Below are positions 41,524 to 51,709 of a DNA stretch of 64,000 bases, piece after piece. Source of the DNA: Candidatus Obscuribacteraceae bacterium (GTDB taxonomy: Bacteria > Cyanobacteriota > Vampirovibrionia > Obscuribacterales > Obscuribacteraceae); assembly GCA_044229845.1 (NCBI GenBank), contig JBGASG010000010.1:64001-128000 (forward strand), given 5' to 3'. Each line of letters starts with the position of its first letter. Within the stretch, counting starts at the first letter, position 1. The position numbers were made by a program, and so were the translations under genes. The notes under the pieces were generated by a model that did not search any database, was not told the DNA's origin, and worked only from the letters and a program-made list of their open reading frames with translations.

Positions 41524-42015
41524 ATGAGCGGTATTTTCGAGAAGTGCGCTAGATGCGGAGCGACGGTCAGCCCGACCAGAGCCTGCCCCTATTGCATTGC
41601 TGAATACGGCTCCAGTTCGCAGGGCGACAATGGCGGTTCCAGCCCGGGAGCCCATGGCGGAGTGCCCAATCCGCAGACCGAAACGCTGGAAGACATTCTT
41701 TCTAAGTCGAGCAACCTGCGCGCGCCTTCGGGCATGGCAATGCTGATCAATAGAGACACTTCAGAGCGCTTTCCGCTGGCTCAATCCGTATCGAAGATAG
41801 GTCGAGACAAGGCCAACAATATCTCCCTGCACAACGACAGCTACGTGTCCCGCCACCATGCCTGGGTGCTCTTCATCAAAGGCAGCTACTGGGTAGAGGA
41901 CCTTGGTTCTACCAACGGCACCTTGCTCAACGACGAGCTGCTCTCCGAGCGCAAACAGATTTTCCCGGGCGATCGCATAAAAATCGGCAGAACCGAACTG
42001 GTTTTCGAGCTTTAA
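41524..42015 (+). CDS. Zinc-ribbon + FHA domain protein
   Basis: CxxC..CPxC N-terminus; IGR, VSRHHA, EDLGSTNGT. Confidence 0.9.
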   Translation: MSGIFEKCARCGATVSPTRACPYCIAEYGSSSQGDNGGSSPGAHGGVPNPQTETLEDILSKSSNLRAPSGMAMLINRDTSERFPLAQSVSKIGRDKANNISLHNDSYVSRHHAWVLFIKGSYWVEDLGSTNGTLLNDELLSERKQIFPGDRIKIGRTELVFEL

Positions 42016-42100
42016 CTGCGGTTGCCTAAACGCATCTAACATGCCCGCGCACGGTCCACACCACAGGTGGTGCTGAGCCTTCTGATAAAATTGGGCGTCT

Positions 42101-42766
42101 ATGGTGTTTCAAATGGCTGACATCGCATTCAATTCGGTTGGCGATAGTACCCAGAACCAGCGGCGTGTTCCGCGCCTGGTACTGGCATCTCAGTCGCCAC
42201 GGCGCATCGACCTGCTGCACGCGCTGGGCTTGCGCTTTGAGGTGATTCCCAGCCAGGCTGACGAAACTATCGAGCCCGGCGAAGAGCCGGCAGCCATGGT
42301 GCGCCGGCTGGCACAGAAGAAAGCCGATGAAGTGGCCACGCGCCTCAGTGAGGTCGGCAGCGAATCTGTAGTGCTGGGCGCCGACACCACGGTCGCCCTG
42401 GACGGTGAGTCGCTGGGCAAGCCGGAATCGCGCGAGGAAGTGGTGAAGGTACTGCGCCGCCTCTCGGGCAAGTCCCACGAAGTTTATACGGCGGTGGCGC
42501 TGATTTGCCTGCCGCGCAAGGAAGTGCTTCTTGACTACCAGGTGACGCGGGTCTATTTCCGCGAACTACGCGACGCCGAGATCAGGGCGTATGCACAGCT
42601 GGACGAGCCCATGGACAAAGCCGGATCCTACGCACTGCAAGGCGTCGCTTCCTGCTTTGTGGAAAAAATAGAAGGCTGCTACACGAATGTGATCGGGCTG
42701 CCGATACCACTGACGGTATCAATGCTGCGCAAAACCGGGATGCGCGTTCTCGACATCCCCACCTGA
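42101..42766 (+). CDS. maf: Maf nucleoside-triphosphate pyrophosphatase (YhdE-type)
   Basis: LASQSPRR, GADT, LGKP, LSGKSH, DKAGSYALQG, NVIGLP. Confidence 0.93.
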   Translation: MVFQMADIAFNSVGDSTQNQRRVPRLVLASQSPRRIDLLHALGLRFEVIPSQADETIEPGEEPAAMVRRLAQKKADEVATRLSEVGSESVVLGADTTVALDGESLGKPESREEVVKVLRRLSGKSHEVYTAVALICLPRKEVLLDYQVTRVYFRELRDAEIRAYAQLDEPMDKAGSYALQGVASCFVEKIEGCYTNVIGLPIPLTVSMLRKTGMRVLDIPT

Positions 42767-43923
42767 TGGCCATAGAGACCTCCGCCTCCGAAAGACTGAA
42801 GCGCGAGCTGCAAGGCTTTCGGTTTTGCTTTCCGATTATGGATAGACTCGGGGAGTTTCTGGATTCAGATCAAAACAATCACCTGCGCGGAAAAGTGATC
42901 GGCTGGCACTGCCACCTGACCTCGATCACCGCGGCCACTGCGGAAGTGATGGTGACCGCCGGTGCACGTCTGTTTCTTTCCGAGTGCAACCCGCACACCA
43001 CCGACCATGACTCGGTGTCCTACATGCAGAGCCTGGGTGCGCAAGTCTTTACCGGCGCGCAATCAGTTGAGAAGGTGCTGGCGGCCGCGCCGGTTTTGAC
43101 CTCGGACACCGGCTTCGTGCTCACGCGGGCAGCGATTGCCGGCGGTCGCCTGCCATTCGCCGGCAACGAAATCACCAGCTCGGGCGTGAGCGCCTTACGC
43201 GCACTGCCGGCGGTGCCAATGCCGGTGATCAACATCAACGATGGGCAACTGAAACATAATATCGAAAACTTTCATGGTGTCGGCGATGGTGTCATCGACG
43301 CGCTCTTCAAGTTAACCGGCAGAGTCTGGTCAGGTCGACCGGTAGCAGTTCTCGGCTACGGTCGCGTCGGCGCCGGCGTAGCCCGTTACTTGCAGCAGCT
43401 GGGGGCAGTGGTGGCGATCGCGGAAGTCGATCCGGTGCGTCAGTTGATGGCGCATTATGACGGTTTTGCGCTGACATCGCTGGCACAAGCGCTGCCCCAA
43501 AGCGAGCTTTTGATTACCGCCAGCGGCAGTCGATCGCCGGTGCCGGAGCAGCTCTGGCACACCGCCCGTCCCGGCATGGTGGTTTTGAATGTGGCGCACT
43601 TCGCCAGCGAACTGGATTCTCTTAAAGAAACCGCCACTGCAGTGACGCCTTTCAGTGAACATCTGGAACGTGTGCAGTTAGAGGGGACGCATGTGCTCAT
43701 GGCTACGTCCGGCAGCCCGGCGAACGTGGTAATGCTCACCGGCTCCGCCGAACCATGCCTGATTCACCTGACCACCGAAATGCTTTCCCTTAACTACCTG
43801 GGCGCCCTTCTGGACAGAGGCGAGAGCTTGCCTGCCGGCGAACACAAAGTTCCATATGAAGTTGAGCGACAGTCGAGCCTGCTGGCTCTGGCGGCACTGG
43901 ACGGCAGCGCCGCGCAGCCCTAG
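42766..43923 (+). CDS. Divergent adenosylhomocysteinase (AhcY)-like protein
   Basis: CHLT, SECNPHTTD, EITSSG, KHNIENFHG, GYGRVG, EVDP, AHF, PAN. Confidence 0.75.
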   Translation: MAIETSASERLKRELQGFRFCFPIMDRLGEFLDSDQNNHLRGKVIGWHCHLTSITAATAEVMVTAGARLFLSECNPHTTDHDSVSYMQSLGAQVFTGAQSVEKVLAAAPVLTSDTGFVLTRAAIAGGRLPFAGNEITSSGVSALRALPAVPMPVININDGQLKHNIENFHGVGDGVIDALFKLTGRVWSGRPVAVLGYGRVGAGVARYLQQLGAVVAIAEVDPVRQLMAHYDGFALTSLAQALPQSELLITASGSRSPVPEQLWHTARPGMVVLNVAHFASELDSLKETATAVTPFSEHLERVQLEGTHVLMATSGSPANVVMLTGSAEPCLIHLTTEMLSLNYLGALLDRGESLPAGEHKVPYEVERQSSLLALAALDGSAAQP

Positions 43924-44028
43924 AAAGAGTTAAGAACACCGGGTTTTCCGCCCAAGACAAGGCGCTTGGAGACGTGTTAACCTGAGCTAGTTATGGTTGG
44001 ATCGGCTTAAAATCAAGCAAGGTGTGAC

Positions 44029-45477
44029 ATGCGCGCTCGCTCTGTTTCGCTTGTTGTTGGCTGCCTGATGGCTCTGGGCGCCGGTTTCCCGGCTCTGGCC
44101 GCCGATGACGGCTCGTCCTCGATGGATTCCATATGGCTGGATGCCCCGCAGCCGGCGCCTGCAGGCGAATCGCCCAATCCGGCATCGCCGAAGCCCACCA
44201 CCACGACGACGACTCCCAAATCCAACAAGACCAAGTCCAGCCCCGCTTCTAAAGAATCAAAAGAGCCTAAACAATCTAAAGAGCCGGCCGCCGTCGCCCC
44301 GTCATTAACACCCGCACCGGCTATCGAAACTTCGGCCGATTCAGCCGCCGGCACCACGGCCGCTCCGTCGACCGCCACCACGACCGGCGGTGCCGCGCCC
44401 GCCGAAACGCAGCCCAACACTGTTGCCCCCATGGTCACCCTCGATTATTTCAAGACCAGCTCGCTGGTCACAAAAGGAGGCTGGCCCGGCGTCGGTCCCT
44501 TCAAAGAAGAAGGCTCGCCGCTCGACCTCAGCGACCCGAACGGCAACCGATTGAAAGTGGACGTCAGCGGCACACAGGTGACACGCGCCGAACTGAATTT
44601 GCAAAAACCGAGCAACGACTTCCTGGATGTGCAAATGAACGCTGACTTTCTGCTCGAATCGGTAGGCGTGAAGCCTAAGAAGATCGTCGAGTTCAATGAG
44701 CAGCTGGAAAAGAATCGCACTCTCGTCACCAAGGGCGATGGCATGCCGAACATGACCGTCGGCAGATATTTTGTCGCCATCCAGAAATCCGCTGCCGATT
44801 CCTCTGCGCTGGCAATTTCCGTGAATAGTTTGGATGCCGATCGGTCGGCTCTGCAAGCTCATTCTGTCTCGCAAGAAACACCGCCGCAAACCACGGGCAA
44901 CAAAATCGCCGGCATTTTCGGTCTGAACAAGACGCCGCAAACCTCGTCCACCGCAACGCAGCCAGCCAAGACACAGCCGGTCAAGACGACTCCTGCCAAG
45001 ACGACGCCGCCCGCCACCACCGGTGGCAGCACGGCTGCGGCATCTCCCGGCGGCGATTTGAAAGAAACCTTCCAGACTCTCGTGCGCAACTGGCAAAACC
45101 TGAAGAAAACTGCCGTGCGCCAGAAGCAGACCAGCGACCTGGCCCAGTTTCTCGCCGGGCAGGCGCTCTCCCGGCAGACTACCGCCATTAAATGGTTGGT
45201 CGACAACAAACAGTATTACGACATCACTCCGCAATCGGTAGTGGTTGAGAAAGTCTCGCCGGTCACTGCCGGCAACGACAAAAAGTTCCTCGTGTCCACA
45301 GTCATCAAAGAACACAGCAAGCGCTGTGAAGACGCCGGCAAGGTCGTCCTGGACAAAGACGACACTTACAAAGTCAATTACACCATTGAGAAGATCGGCG
45401 ACCGCTGGTTTATCGTCGACTCGGCGGTGCCCAGCGCAACAACCAAGCCCGCGGCGGGCGGCAAAACGGGCCGATAA
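44029..45477 (+). CDS. Secreted protein with C-terminal ARC6-like IMS (DUF4101) domain
   Basis: Signal peptide, Pro/Thr-rich linkers; LVRNWQNLK...LAGQAL...WLVDNKQYY...YKVNYTIEKIGDRWFIVD. Confidence 0.65.
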   Translation: MRARSVSLVVGCLMALGAGFPALAADDGSSSMDSIWLDAPQPAPAGESPNPASPKPTTTTTTPKSNKTKSSPASKESKEPKQSKEPAAVAPSLTPAPAIETSADSAAGTTAAPSTATTTGGAAPAETQPNTVAPMVTLDYFKTSSLVTKGGWPGVGPFKEEGSPLDLSDPNGNRLKVDVSGTQVTRAELNLQKPSNDFLDVQMNADFLLESVGVKPKKIVEFNEQLEKNRTLVTKGDGMPNMTVGRYFVAIQKSAADSSALAISVNSLDADRSALQAHSVSQETPPQTTGNKIAGIFGLNKTPQTSSTATQPAKTQPVKTTPAKTTPPATTGGSTAAASPGGDLKETFQTLVRNWQNLKKTAVRQKQTSDLAQFLAGQALSRQTTAIKWLVDNKQYYDITPQSVVVEKVSPVTAGNDKKFLVSTVIKEHSKRCEDAGKVVLDKDDTYKVNYTIEKIGDRWFIVDSAVPSATTKPAAGGKTGR

Positions 45478-45480
45478 CCG

Positions 45481-47064
45481 ATGAAGCCTGGTCGCACCCC
45501 GAGACGCCATCTGCTTCTCTTGAGCGCCACCGCGGCAATAGTTCTGTCCGCGTCCATGCTTTTGACGGGTCGCGCGGCGATACCGCAAGTGATGGCACAA
45601 GAGCGTGGCCGCGGTCTTTCGATTTCCGATCATACTGGTAAACCCCTGATACCGAGCGCGGTGCTGCGCGTGGGCAAGGACGTTTATTTCTTGACACCGG
45701 ACGACATCTGGTTCGTCGAAAATGCCACCGATTTCCTGCCGCCGTTGCAGCAACTGCGCGCCCGCCCGATCACGCCCGCGAAAGGCAAAGTCAACAACAT
45801 TCCGCTGCACGAATTGAGTGACTTCGCCTACGTACCCAAACGAAACAGCATTGCGGTGCTCGACAAAACCGGCGACGTTTTTGAATACTCGCTGTCCACA
45901 AAAAAATGGAGCCTGCTCATGGACAGCGCGCAGTCGGCCGGCGAACCGGATTATGTGGAACTGTGCGCAGCGCCCGAGCATATTTGCCTTCTCGATCCTG
46001 AGCTAAATCAACTTCTGCAGCTGCCGGGAGCCAACCGCGTTTTCTCGGGAACAGCGCCGTGGCGCGTGCATAAAGGTGATGTCAGTGTCGCCGACGGCGT
46101 GGCCATTGCTTACGATGGTGCCGCCCTCGTGTTGCATCGCAACGGACGCATCACCACATTCGGGTCCGGCGGCAGAGCCCAGACCAAAATGGACTGGAGG
46201 CCACCGTCCCACGTCCGACCGACACGTTTTTATGCCTGCGCCAACGGCGGACCTCTCTACATCGTCGACCGCGAAAACAATCGCGTGCTGGCACTGATCC
46301 GCTCCAATCAAAAACTGGCCTGGCAGCACTATCTATTTAGTGCCGACAGCGATCTGCGCGGATTAATCCCCGGGCAGAATGCATTCTGGATTCTCGACCG
46401 CAACAAGCTGATATTGCGCAGTCTCGCCGATGTGGATGAGCCGGATGCCAAACCTAATTCGCGAGTTCTTGACGAGCGCCTTGCTGGCTTTGCTATGCCA
46501 ATCAAGAATAGCGCTCTGCCTCGCCATCCAGGAGTATTTCCGGGTTCACGCCGCCTCTACAGGCGGGGCATTCACGCTGGACTGGATCTGTTTCATGACC
46601 CCGGCTGCGGTACCAACGTAAAAATGGATACACCGGTGCTGGCGGTAGAAAGTGGCACCGTCATCCGCGCCGACTGGGGATATAAAGATCTGCCGCCGGC
46701 GCAGTACTGGGCGAAGATTCAAGCCTGCCGCAGCCAGCATGACTGCTCGGAAATCAACGAGAATTTTTTCCGCGGACGGCAAATCGAAATCGACCATGGC
46801 AACGGCGTGATTACTCGTTACGCGCACTTGAATGGAATCAAGAAGGGATTGAAAGTGGGCGCCCGGGTGTCAAGAGGCGAACATATAGGCTATGTGGGCG
46901 TTTCGGGAACCAGCAACACGTTGCCAGGACATCCCAAGTATCCGCACCTGCACTTCGAAGTCTGGATCGATGGAAAATACCTGGGTTACGGTTTAACGCC
47001 GGAAGAAACAATTTGCCAATTTGAGGATATATTTGGAGCAATCTGCAAGCGAGGCGGTTCATGA
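45481..47064 (+). CDS. M23 family metallopeptidase with N-terminal beta-propeller-like region
   Basis: HAGLD (HxxxD), IEIDHGNG..TRYAHL, IGYVGVSG, PHLHFEV; N-terminal signal/TM. Confidence 0.88.
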   Translation: MKPGRTPRRHLLLLSATAAIVLSASMLLTGRAAIPQVMAQERGRGLSISDHTGKPLIPSAVLRVGKDVYFLTPDDIWFVENATDFLPPLQQLRARPITPAKGKVNNIPLHELSDFAYVPKRNSIAVLDKTGDVFEYSLSTKKWSLLMDSAQSAGEPDYVELCAAPEHICLLDPELNQLLQLPGANRVFSGTAPWRVHKGDVSVADGVAIAYDGAALVLHRNGRITTFGSGGRAQTKMDWRPPSHVRPTRFYACANGGPLYIVDRENNRVLALIRSNQKLAWQHYLFSADSDLRGLIPGQNAFWILDRNKLILRSLADVDEPDAKPNSRVLDERLAGFAMPIKNSALPRHPGVFPGSRRLYRRGIHAGLDLFHDPGCGTNVKMDTPVLAVESGTVIRADWGYKDLPPAQYWAKIQACRSQHDCSEINENFFRGRQIEIDHGNGVITRYAHLNGIKKGLKVGARVSRGEHIGYVGVSGTSNTLPGHPKYPHLHFEVWIDGKYLGYGLTPEETICQFEDIFGAICKRGGS

Positions 47065-49691
47065 ATACGGATAAACCAACATCTGAATTGGGACACGGCA
47101 TCACTTTTCTTATGGTGGCACTGTCTATCACCATCGGCATGTCGCAAACTGCTGCCGATGCATCAAGCAAGGACCGAGCCAGACACCAGGCTATTCCGAA
47201 ATCGGCAAAAGTGGCATTGAAGATCGCCACCAAAGAAAAAATCGCCGCTAACGAAAAAGACGCCAAGGCTGATAACGAGAAAGACAAAGACAAGAAAGAC
47301 GCAAAAGTCGACAAAGACGTAAAGTCCGATAAAGGCAAAGCCAAGGAAGAGAAGAAAGCCGCCGACGGAAAAGCGAAGGCCGACGCCAAGGCTGCCAAAA
47401 AAGACGCCAAAGACTCGAAAGCCGCAAAAGACGAGAAAGCGGAAGGCAAGGGTTTCTTCAAAGGAATTTTCGGCAAGGAAGAAGAAGGCAAAAACGCCAC
47501 TGCCAAAGACGGCAAAGCCGAGACTTCCCCGTCCGCCGGTAAGTCTCCGTCCGCCGGCGATGATGCCGCCAGCGGTGCCGCAGCAGCAACTCCACCGGCA
47601 GTGCCGTCCGCACCGGCTCCAACACCAGCGCCGGCGGCAGCCAAACCGGTAGCGCAGGCAGCCACCGACAGCGCCACCGGAGCCGAGCCGAAATACATTC
47701 CAGATGCCGCTTTGATCAGCATTCTCAAAGACATTAGCAAGAGCCTGGCAGACAACGACGACATCAAAAATATCGAGGATCCGGCTCAGAAAGTCGCCAT
47801 CAAACTGGCTGCCGATACACTCACGAAAGCGCTTGCCGATCCGGATCTCGGCACCAACCGGATCATCACCGCCGAAGACCGCCCTCGCGTGGAGACCCGC
47901 CTGGTCGCCGAGACCTGGGACTCACAACTGGTACAGCTGGGACCGAACTGCACGGCATCGTTGTCGACGCTGTGGGCGAAGCGAGCCAACGGACTGGTCA
48001 ACATTTCTATCGCGGGCACTTGCGGATGCAAGGCGGTTCCCGGTAGCACTACGGATACAAAGATCGGCGAGTGGATTGTCGTGTTGACTGGCAAATCGGC
48101 AATCGACAAAGGATTTGATATTCAAACCCAGCAGGAGGTGCCCTTCTGGTTGGGCAAGCTGAGTGGATTTACGGTCGAAGCAACCGTTTGCTCACAGGAG
48201 GCGCAGGAAACCGGAAAAAAGCCTCAGTCGCCAGCACTGGTTCTCAAATCAGTGCTGACGGAACGCGGTCGCAAGCACCTGGAAGCCGTGACGGCATGGC
48301 AAAGCGCACAGAAACTGGCAATCTTGCAAGCGGAGCAAGAACGCACACGCACTGAAGAAGAAGCCAAACTGGCAGCCGAGGTCAAAGCCAAAGAACAAGA
48401 CCGGCTGTCTATGGAAGCTAAAATTGCCGCCGAGAAAGAGCGGGTCGAAAACGAAGTGCGCGCCAAACTAGCTGCCGAAGCGGCGCTCAAGGCTGTAGCT
48501 GAGCAGAAAGCTAAAGAACTGGCGGAAGCCGAAGCACGCGCAAAAATGGACGAAAAGGCGAAAGCCGAAGCGGCCGCCGCCGAAGCTGAAGCCAAAGCGA
48601 AAGCCGAAGAAGAGGCAAAAGCCAAGTTAGAGGCGGAAGCAAAAGCCAAAGTAGAAGCGGAAGCGAAAGCCAAGGCCGAAGCTGAGGCGAAAGCCAAAGC
48701 CGAATTGGAAGCGAAAGCGGAATTAGAAGCCAAGGCCAAAGCCGAAGCGAAAGCCAAGGAAGAAGCCGAAGCCAAAGCCAAGGCCGAAGAAGATGCGGCA
48801 AAGGCAAAAGTCGCTGCCACCACTCCCAGTACCAACTACAACTATGGCAGTCGCACTTGGGACAGCCCGGCGCCTGTACAAGCCAGCGGACTGCCTAAAT
48901 CAGGCAGCGGCAAGACTACGCTACTTGTGCCTGACCGTGCAGTCGCCGGCCAGTATGTAACGGCAGCGGCTGTAAATGAAAGCAACGTCGGCGAATCATA
49001 CGTCGAACTGGCATTCAATGGTGCCGCCTTGACGACAGCAAACGACGGAACCGTTCATTATATGGTGCCTGAAGATTCAGCGCCTGGTCCGACGATGGTC
49101 GTCACCTTACCTGGTAATCCTCTTGATGCACCGAAATCCATGGAAGTGCTGCAACCTTTGATGGTGCCGGCTACACAGCAGGTGCCGCGCATTGATAAAG
49201 CCAACCCGATGGTGGCGGCCGGCGAGGTATTAACCATCGACGGTCACAGTTTCGATGGAGTCGGCGACAACAATCGCGTGATTGTGGATGGTGCCGGCGA
49301 TGCCAAAGTATTGGCCGCCTCACCGGTGCAACTGAAAGTGGAGTTGCCGCGCGGGATCGCCGCCGGGCGCCATTCAATAAGCATCAGCACAGCCGGGTTG
49401 CGCAGCAATCCGATGTTTGTAGATGTCGTCTCGGTGCGCATCGACACGCTCGGCAAAGACGACCTCAAACGGATCAAGGTCTGCGTGCTCGGCACTCAAA
49501 ACAAAGTGACGCTTAAGCTCACAAATCGCTCTCCCGAGGTGGTGAGATTAGCCAAAGGCGACGAGCAATTCGTGACGACGGCAGGCGGTACCGATAACTA
49601 TGCAATGGTCACCGCTCAGCGCGTCGGCAAAGGCGCGGTGAACATCAACGCCCGGGTTGAGCCGCCCACAGCAGTCAGCCGCGCGTACTAG
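47061..49691 (+). CDS. Secreted protein with TolA-like K/A/E helical repeat and IPT/TIG domain
   Basis: Signal peptide; K/D-rich N-terminus; KAKAEAEA repeats (~48350-48810); GEVLTIDGHSF...ASPVQLKVELP IPT motif; ATGA overlap with the M23 gene. Confidence 0.7.
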   Translation: MNTDKPTSELGHGITFLMVALSITIGMSQTAADASSKDRARHQAIPKSAKVALKIATKEKIAANEKDAKADNEKDKDKKDAKVDKDVKSDKGKAKEEKKAADGKAKADAKAAKKDAKDSKAAKDEKAEGKGFFKGIFGKEEEGKNATAKDGKAETSPSAGKSPSAGDDAASGAAAATPPAVPSAPAPTPAPAAAKPVAQAATDSATGAEPKYIPDAALISILKDISKSLADNDDIKNIEDPAQKVAIKLAADTLTKALADPDLGTNRIITAEDRPRVETRLVAETWDSQLVQLGPNCTASLSTLWAKRANGLVNISIAGTCGCKAVPGSTTDTKIGEWIVVLTGKSAIDKGFDIQTQQEVPFWLGKLSGFTVEATVCSQEAQETGKKPQSPALVLKSVLTERGRKHLEAVTAWQSAQKLAILQAEQERTRTEEEAKLAAEVKAKEQDRLSMEAKIAAEKERVENEVRAKLAAEAALKAVAEQKAKELAEAEARAKMDEKAKAEAAAAEAEAKAKAEEEAKAKLEAEAKAKVEAEAKAKAEAEAKAKAELEAKAELEAKAKAEAKAKEEAEAKAKAEEDAAKAKVAATTPSTNYNYGSRTWDSPAPVQASGLPKSGSGKTTLLVPDRAVAGQYVTAAAVNESNVGESYVELAFNGAALTTANDGTVHYMVPEDSAPGPTMVVTLPGNPLDAPKSMEVLQPLMVPATQQVPRIDKANPMVAAGEVLTIDGHSFDGVGDNNRVIVDGAGDAKVLAASPVQLKVELPRGIAAGRHSISISTAGLRSNPMFVDVVSVRIDTLGKDDLKRIKVCVLGTQNKVTLKLTNRSPEVVRLAKGDEQFVTTAGGTDNYAMVTAQRVGKGAVNINARVEPPTAVSRAY

Positions 49692-49809
49692 CACCGGACT
49701 ACAGCGCGTAGCCAAGAGCCGACCTTGACAATCGCCGGCGGACCTTCTTGATGACAGTTCCTCAAGAAACGGTTTGCGCCCACCGCCGCCTCCCGGCAAC
49801 CGGGTTAAA

Positions 49810-50310
49810 ATGGTCCGCATGGCTAAAAAGACCAAACCTGTAGAAGCGCCAATCAAGGACGCAGCGGCGTCGGCATCGCCAGGCACACAACCGGCATTGC
49901 AGCTTCCCGGCACCAGCAAGACGAAAGTCGAGAAAGTGAACAGCTATCTGTCGACCGTTTCGACGACACTGGCTATCCTCGGCGGTGTGGGCACGTTGGG
50001 CGTCTGGCTGGCAGCGAACTTTTACACCGGACTTGTGGAAGTGCGCCCGCAGGGACCTGCCGAATTTGTTGAAGTGCGCGTCTTCGATCAAAAAGGCGAA
50101 TCGACGACGTTTCACACGAGAAGATTTCCGCTCATGCCTGGTGAATATCACCTCGAGATCAAGACGAGCGAGAAAGCGCCTTTTCATGCCGACACCACGG
50201 TGCAATTCACCAAAACATCGGTCGTCGAAGTACCCGCTCACCCTGTTTTGGACAACGAGTCAAAACGACGTTGGTGGCAAATCTGGAAGAAGAAACCAGA
50301 ACAATCATGA
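49810..50310 (+). CDS. Single-TM protein with PEGA-like beta domain
   Basis: One TM helix, then LMPGEYHLEI motif; ATGA overlap with hemL. Confidence 0.6.
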   Translation: MVRMAKKTKPVEAPIKDAAASASPGTQPALQLPGTSKTKVEKVNSYLSTVSTTLAILGGVGTLGVWLAANFYTGLVEVRPQGPAEFVEVRVFDQKGESTTFHTRRFPLMPGEYHLEIKTSEKAPFHADTTVQFTKTSVVEVPAHPVLDNESKRRWWQIWKKKPEQS

Positions 50311-51587
50311 GCGTCACCACGCCTTCTTTCACTCGTTCTCAGCAACTATCTAAAGAGATCGCCGAACTGATTCCCGGCGGCGTCGACAGCCCGTTTCGTT
50401 CGTTCAAAGAAGTAGGCGGCGAGACCATTTTCTTCAATCGCGGATTGGGCTCGCGCATCTTCGATGTCGACGGCAACGAATACATCGATTATCTGGGCGC
50501 CTGGGGACCGGCAATTCTCGGCTACTGCTACCCGGAGGTGGTGGCGGCCTGCCAGCAAGCAGTGTCGGCCGGCGCGCTGTTCGGAGCACCGCACGAAGCA
50601 GAGCTTTCCATGGCCAAAGAACTAACCGCGACCATGCCCAGCATGGAGCAGGTGCGTTTCGTCAATTCCGGCACCGAAGCCGTGATGAGTGCGATTCGCC
50701 TGGCACGCGGATTTACAGGTCGCGATCTGATCATCATGTGCGAAGGAGGCTATCACGGGCACAGCGACTCAGTGCTGGCATCCGTATCGCACCGGTCCAG
50801 CGCCGGCATTCCGTCAGCTACCGCTCGCAACACAGTGCTCGTTCCTTTCAACGACGCAAAGGCGTTGCAAAAGGTGTTGCGCGTACGCGGCAAGCGCGTA
50901 GCAGCGCTGGTAATCGAACCTGTCTGCGGCTCGATGGGCGTCGTGCCGCCCCAGGACGGCTATCTCCAGCAAGTAGCTGAGCTTTGCGCAGCGCATGATG
51001 TAGTGTTGATCTTCGACGAGGTGCTCACCGGCCTGCGTATCGCCCACGGAGGCGCTCAGGCATACTATGGAATCAAACCAGACCTGACTTGTCTGGGTAA
51101 AGCGTTGGCAGGGGGCGCACCGATTGGTGCTTTCGGCGGGCGCCGCGACATCATGCAACACCTGGAACCGATCGGCAAGGTGTATCAGGCCGGTACGTTC
51201 TCAGGCAATCCGGTCACCATGGCAGGCGGCATCAAAACGTTGCAGATTCTCGCCAAACCGGATATCTACGAACACCTGGAAGAGCGTACTGCTCACCTCT
51301 TCGACGGATTGTCCAGGTCGATCGAGAAATACGGCGCCCCCATTCAGCTGCAGCGCGTCGGCTCCATGTTCGCCATTATCTTCGCACCAAATCCGGTGCG
51401 CAACTTTCAAGACTCGCTCGCTATTGACGCGGCCAGCTTCGCAAAATTCTTCCACTATCTATTGAATCGGGGCGTCTATCTCCCGCCGTCCTCAGTCGAT
51501 GCCGCTTGCCTCTCGGCGGCGCATACATCTGATGATATCGACCGCACCATCGAAATCTGCGACCCGGCCATTCAACTGCTTGCTTAA
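50307..51587 (+). CDS. hemL: Glutamate-1-semialdehyde 2,1-aminomutase
   Basis: IPGGVDSP, DVDGNEYIDY, RFVNSGTEA, FDEV, LGK, YQAGTFSGNP. Confidence 0.95.
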   Translation: MSVTTPSFTRSQQLSKEIAELIPGGVDSPFRSFKEVGGETIFFNRGLGSRIFDVDGNEYIDYLGAWGPAILGYCYPEVVAACQQAVSAGALFGAPHEAELSMAKELTATMPSMEQVRFVNSGTEAVMSAIRLARGFTGRDLIIMCEGGYHGHSDSVLASVSHRSSAGIPSATARNTVLVPFNDAKALQKVLRVRGKRVAALVIEPVCGSMGVVPPQDGYLQQVAELCAAHDVVLIFDEVLTGLRIAHGGAQAYYGIKPDLTCLGKALAGGAPIGAFGGRRDIMQHLEPIGKVYQAGTFSGNPVTMAGGIKTLQILAKPDIYEHLEERTAHLFDGLSRSIEKYGAPIQLQRVGSMFAIIFAPNPVRNFQDSLAIDAASFAKFFHYLLNRGVYLPPSSVDAACLSAAHTSDDIDRTIEICDPAIQLLA

Positions 51588-51709
51588 AGCAACAAGGCGT
51601 TCGGTTTGCGCACGAGGGTGTGCGGGTTTGCGCATTGCACGCCCCTAGCCGCCTGCCTATAATCCGAAGAAGCCCCACAAGTTCCCGTACCGTTGGCAGG
51701 AGAGAACAC

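Noticed and set aside
44341..45981. 546-aa minus-strand ORF
   Set aside because: Antisense to two well-supported + strand genes; no motifs.
51620..51709. 30-aa N-terminal extension of array paralog 1
   Set aside because: The RBS precedes ATG 51710, which also places His at residue 6 as in the other four.
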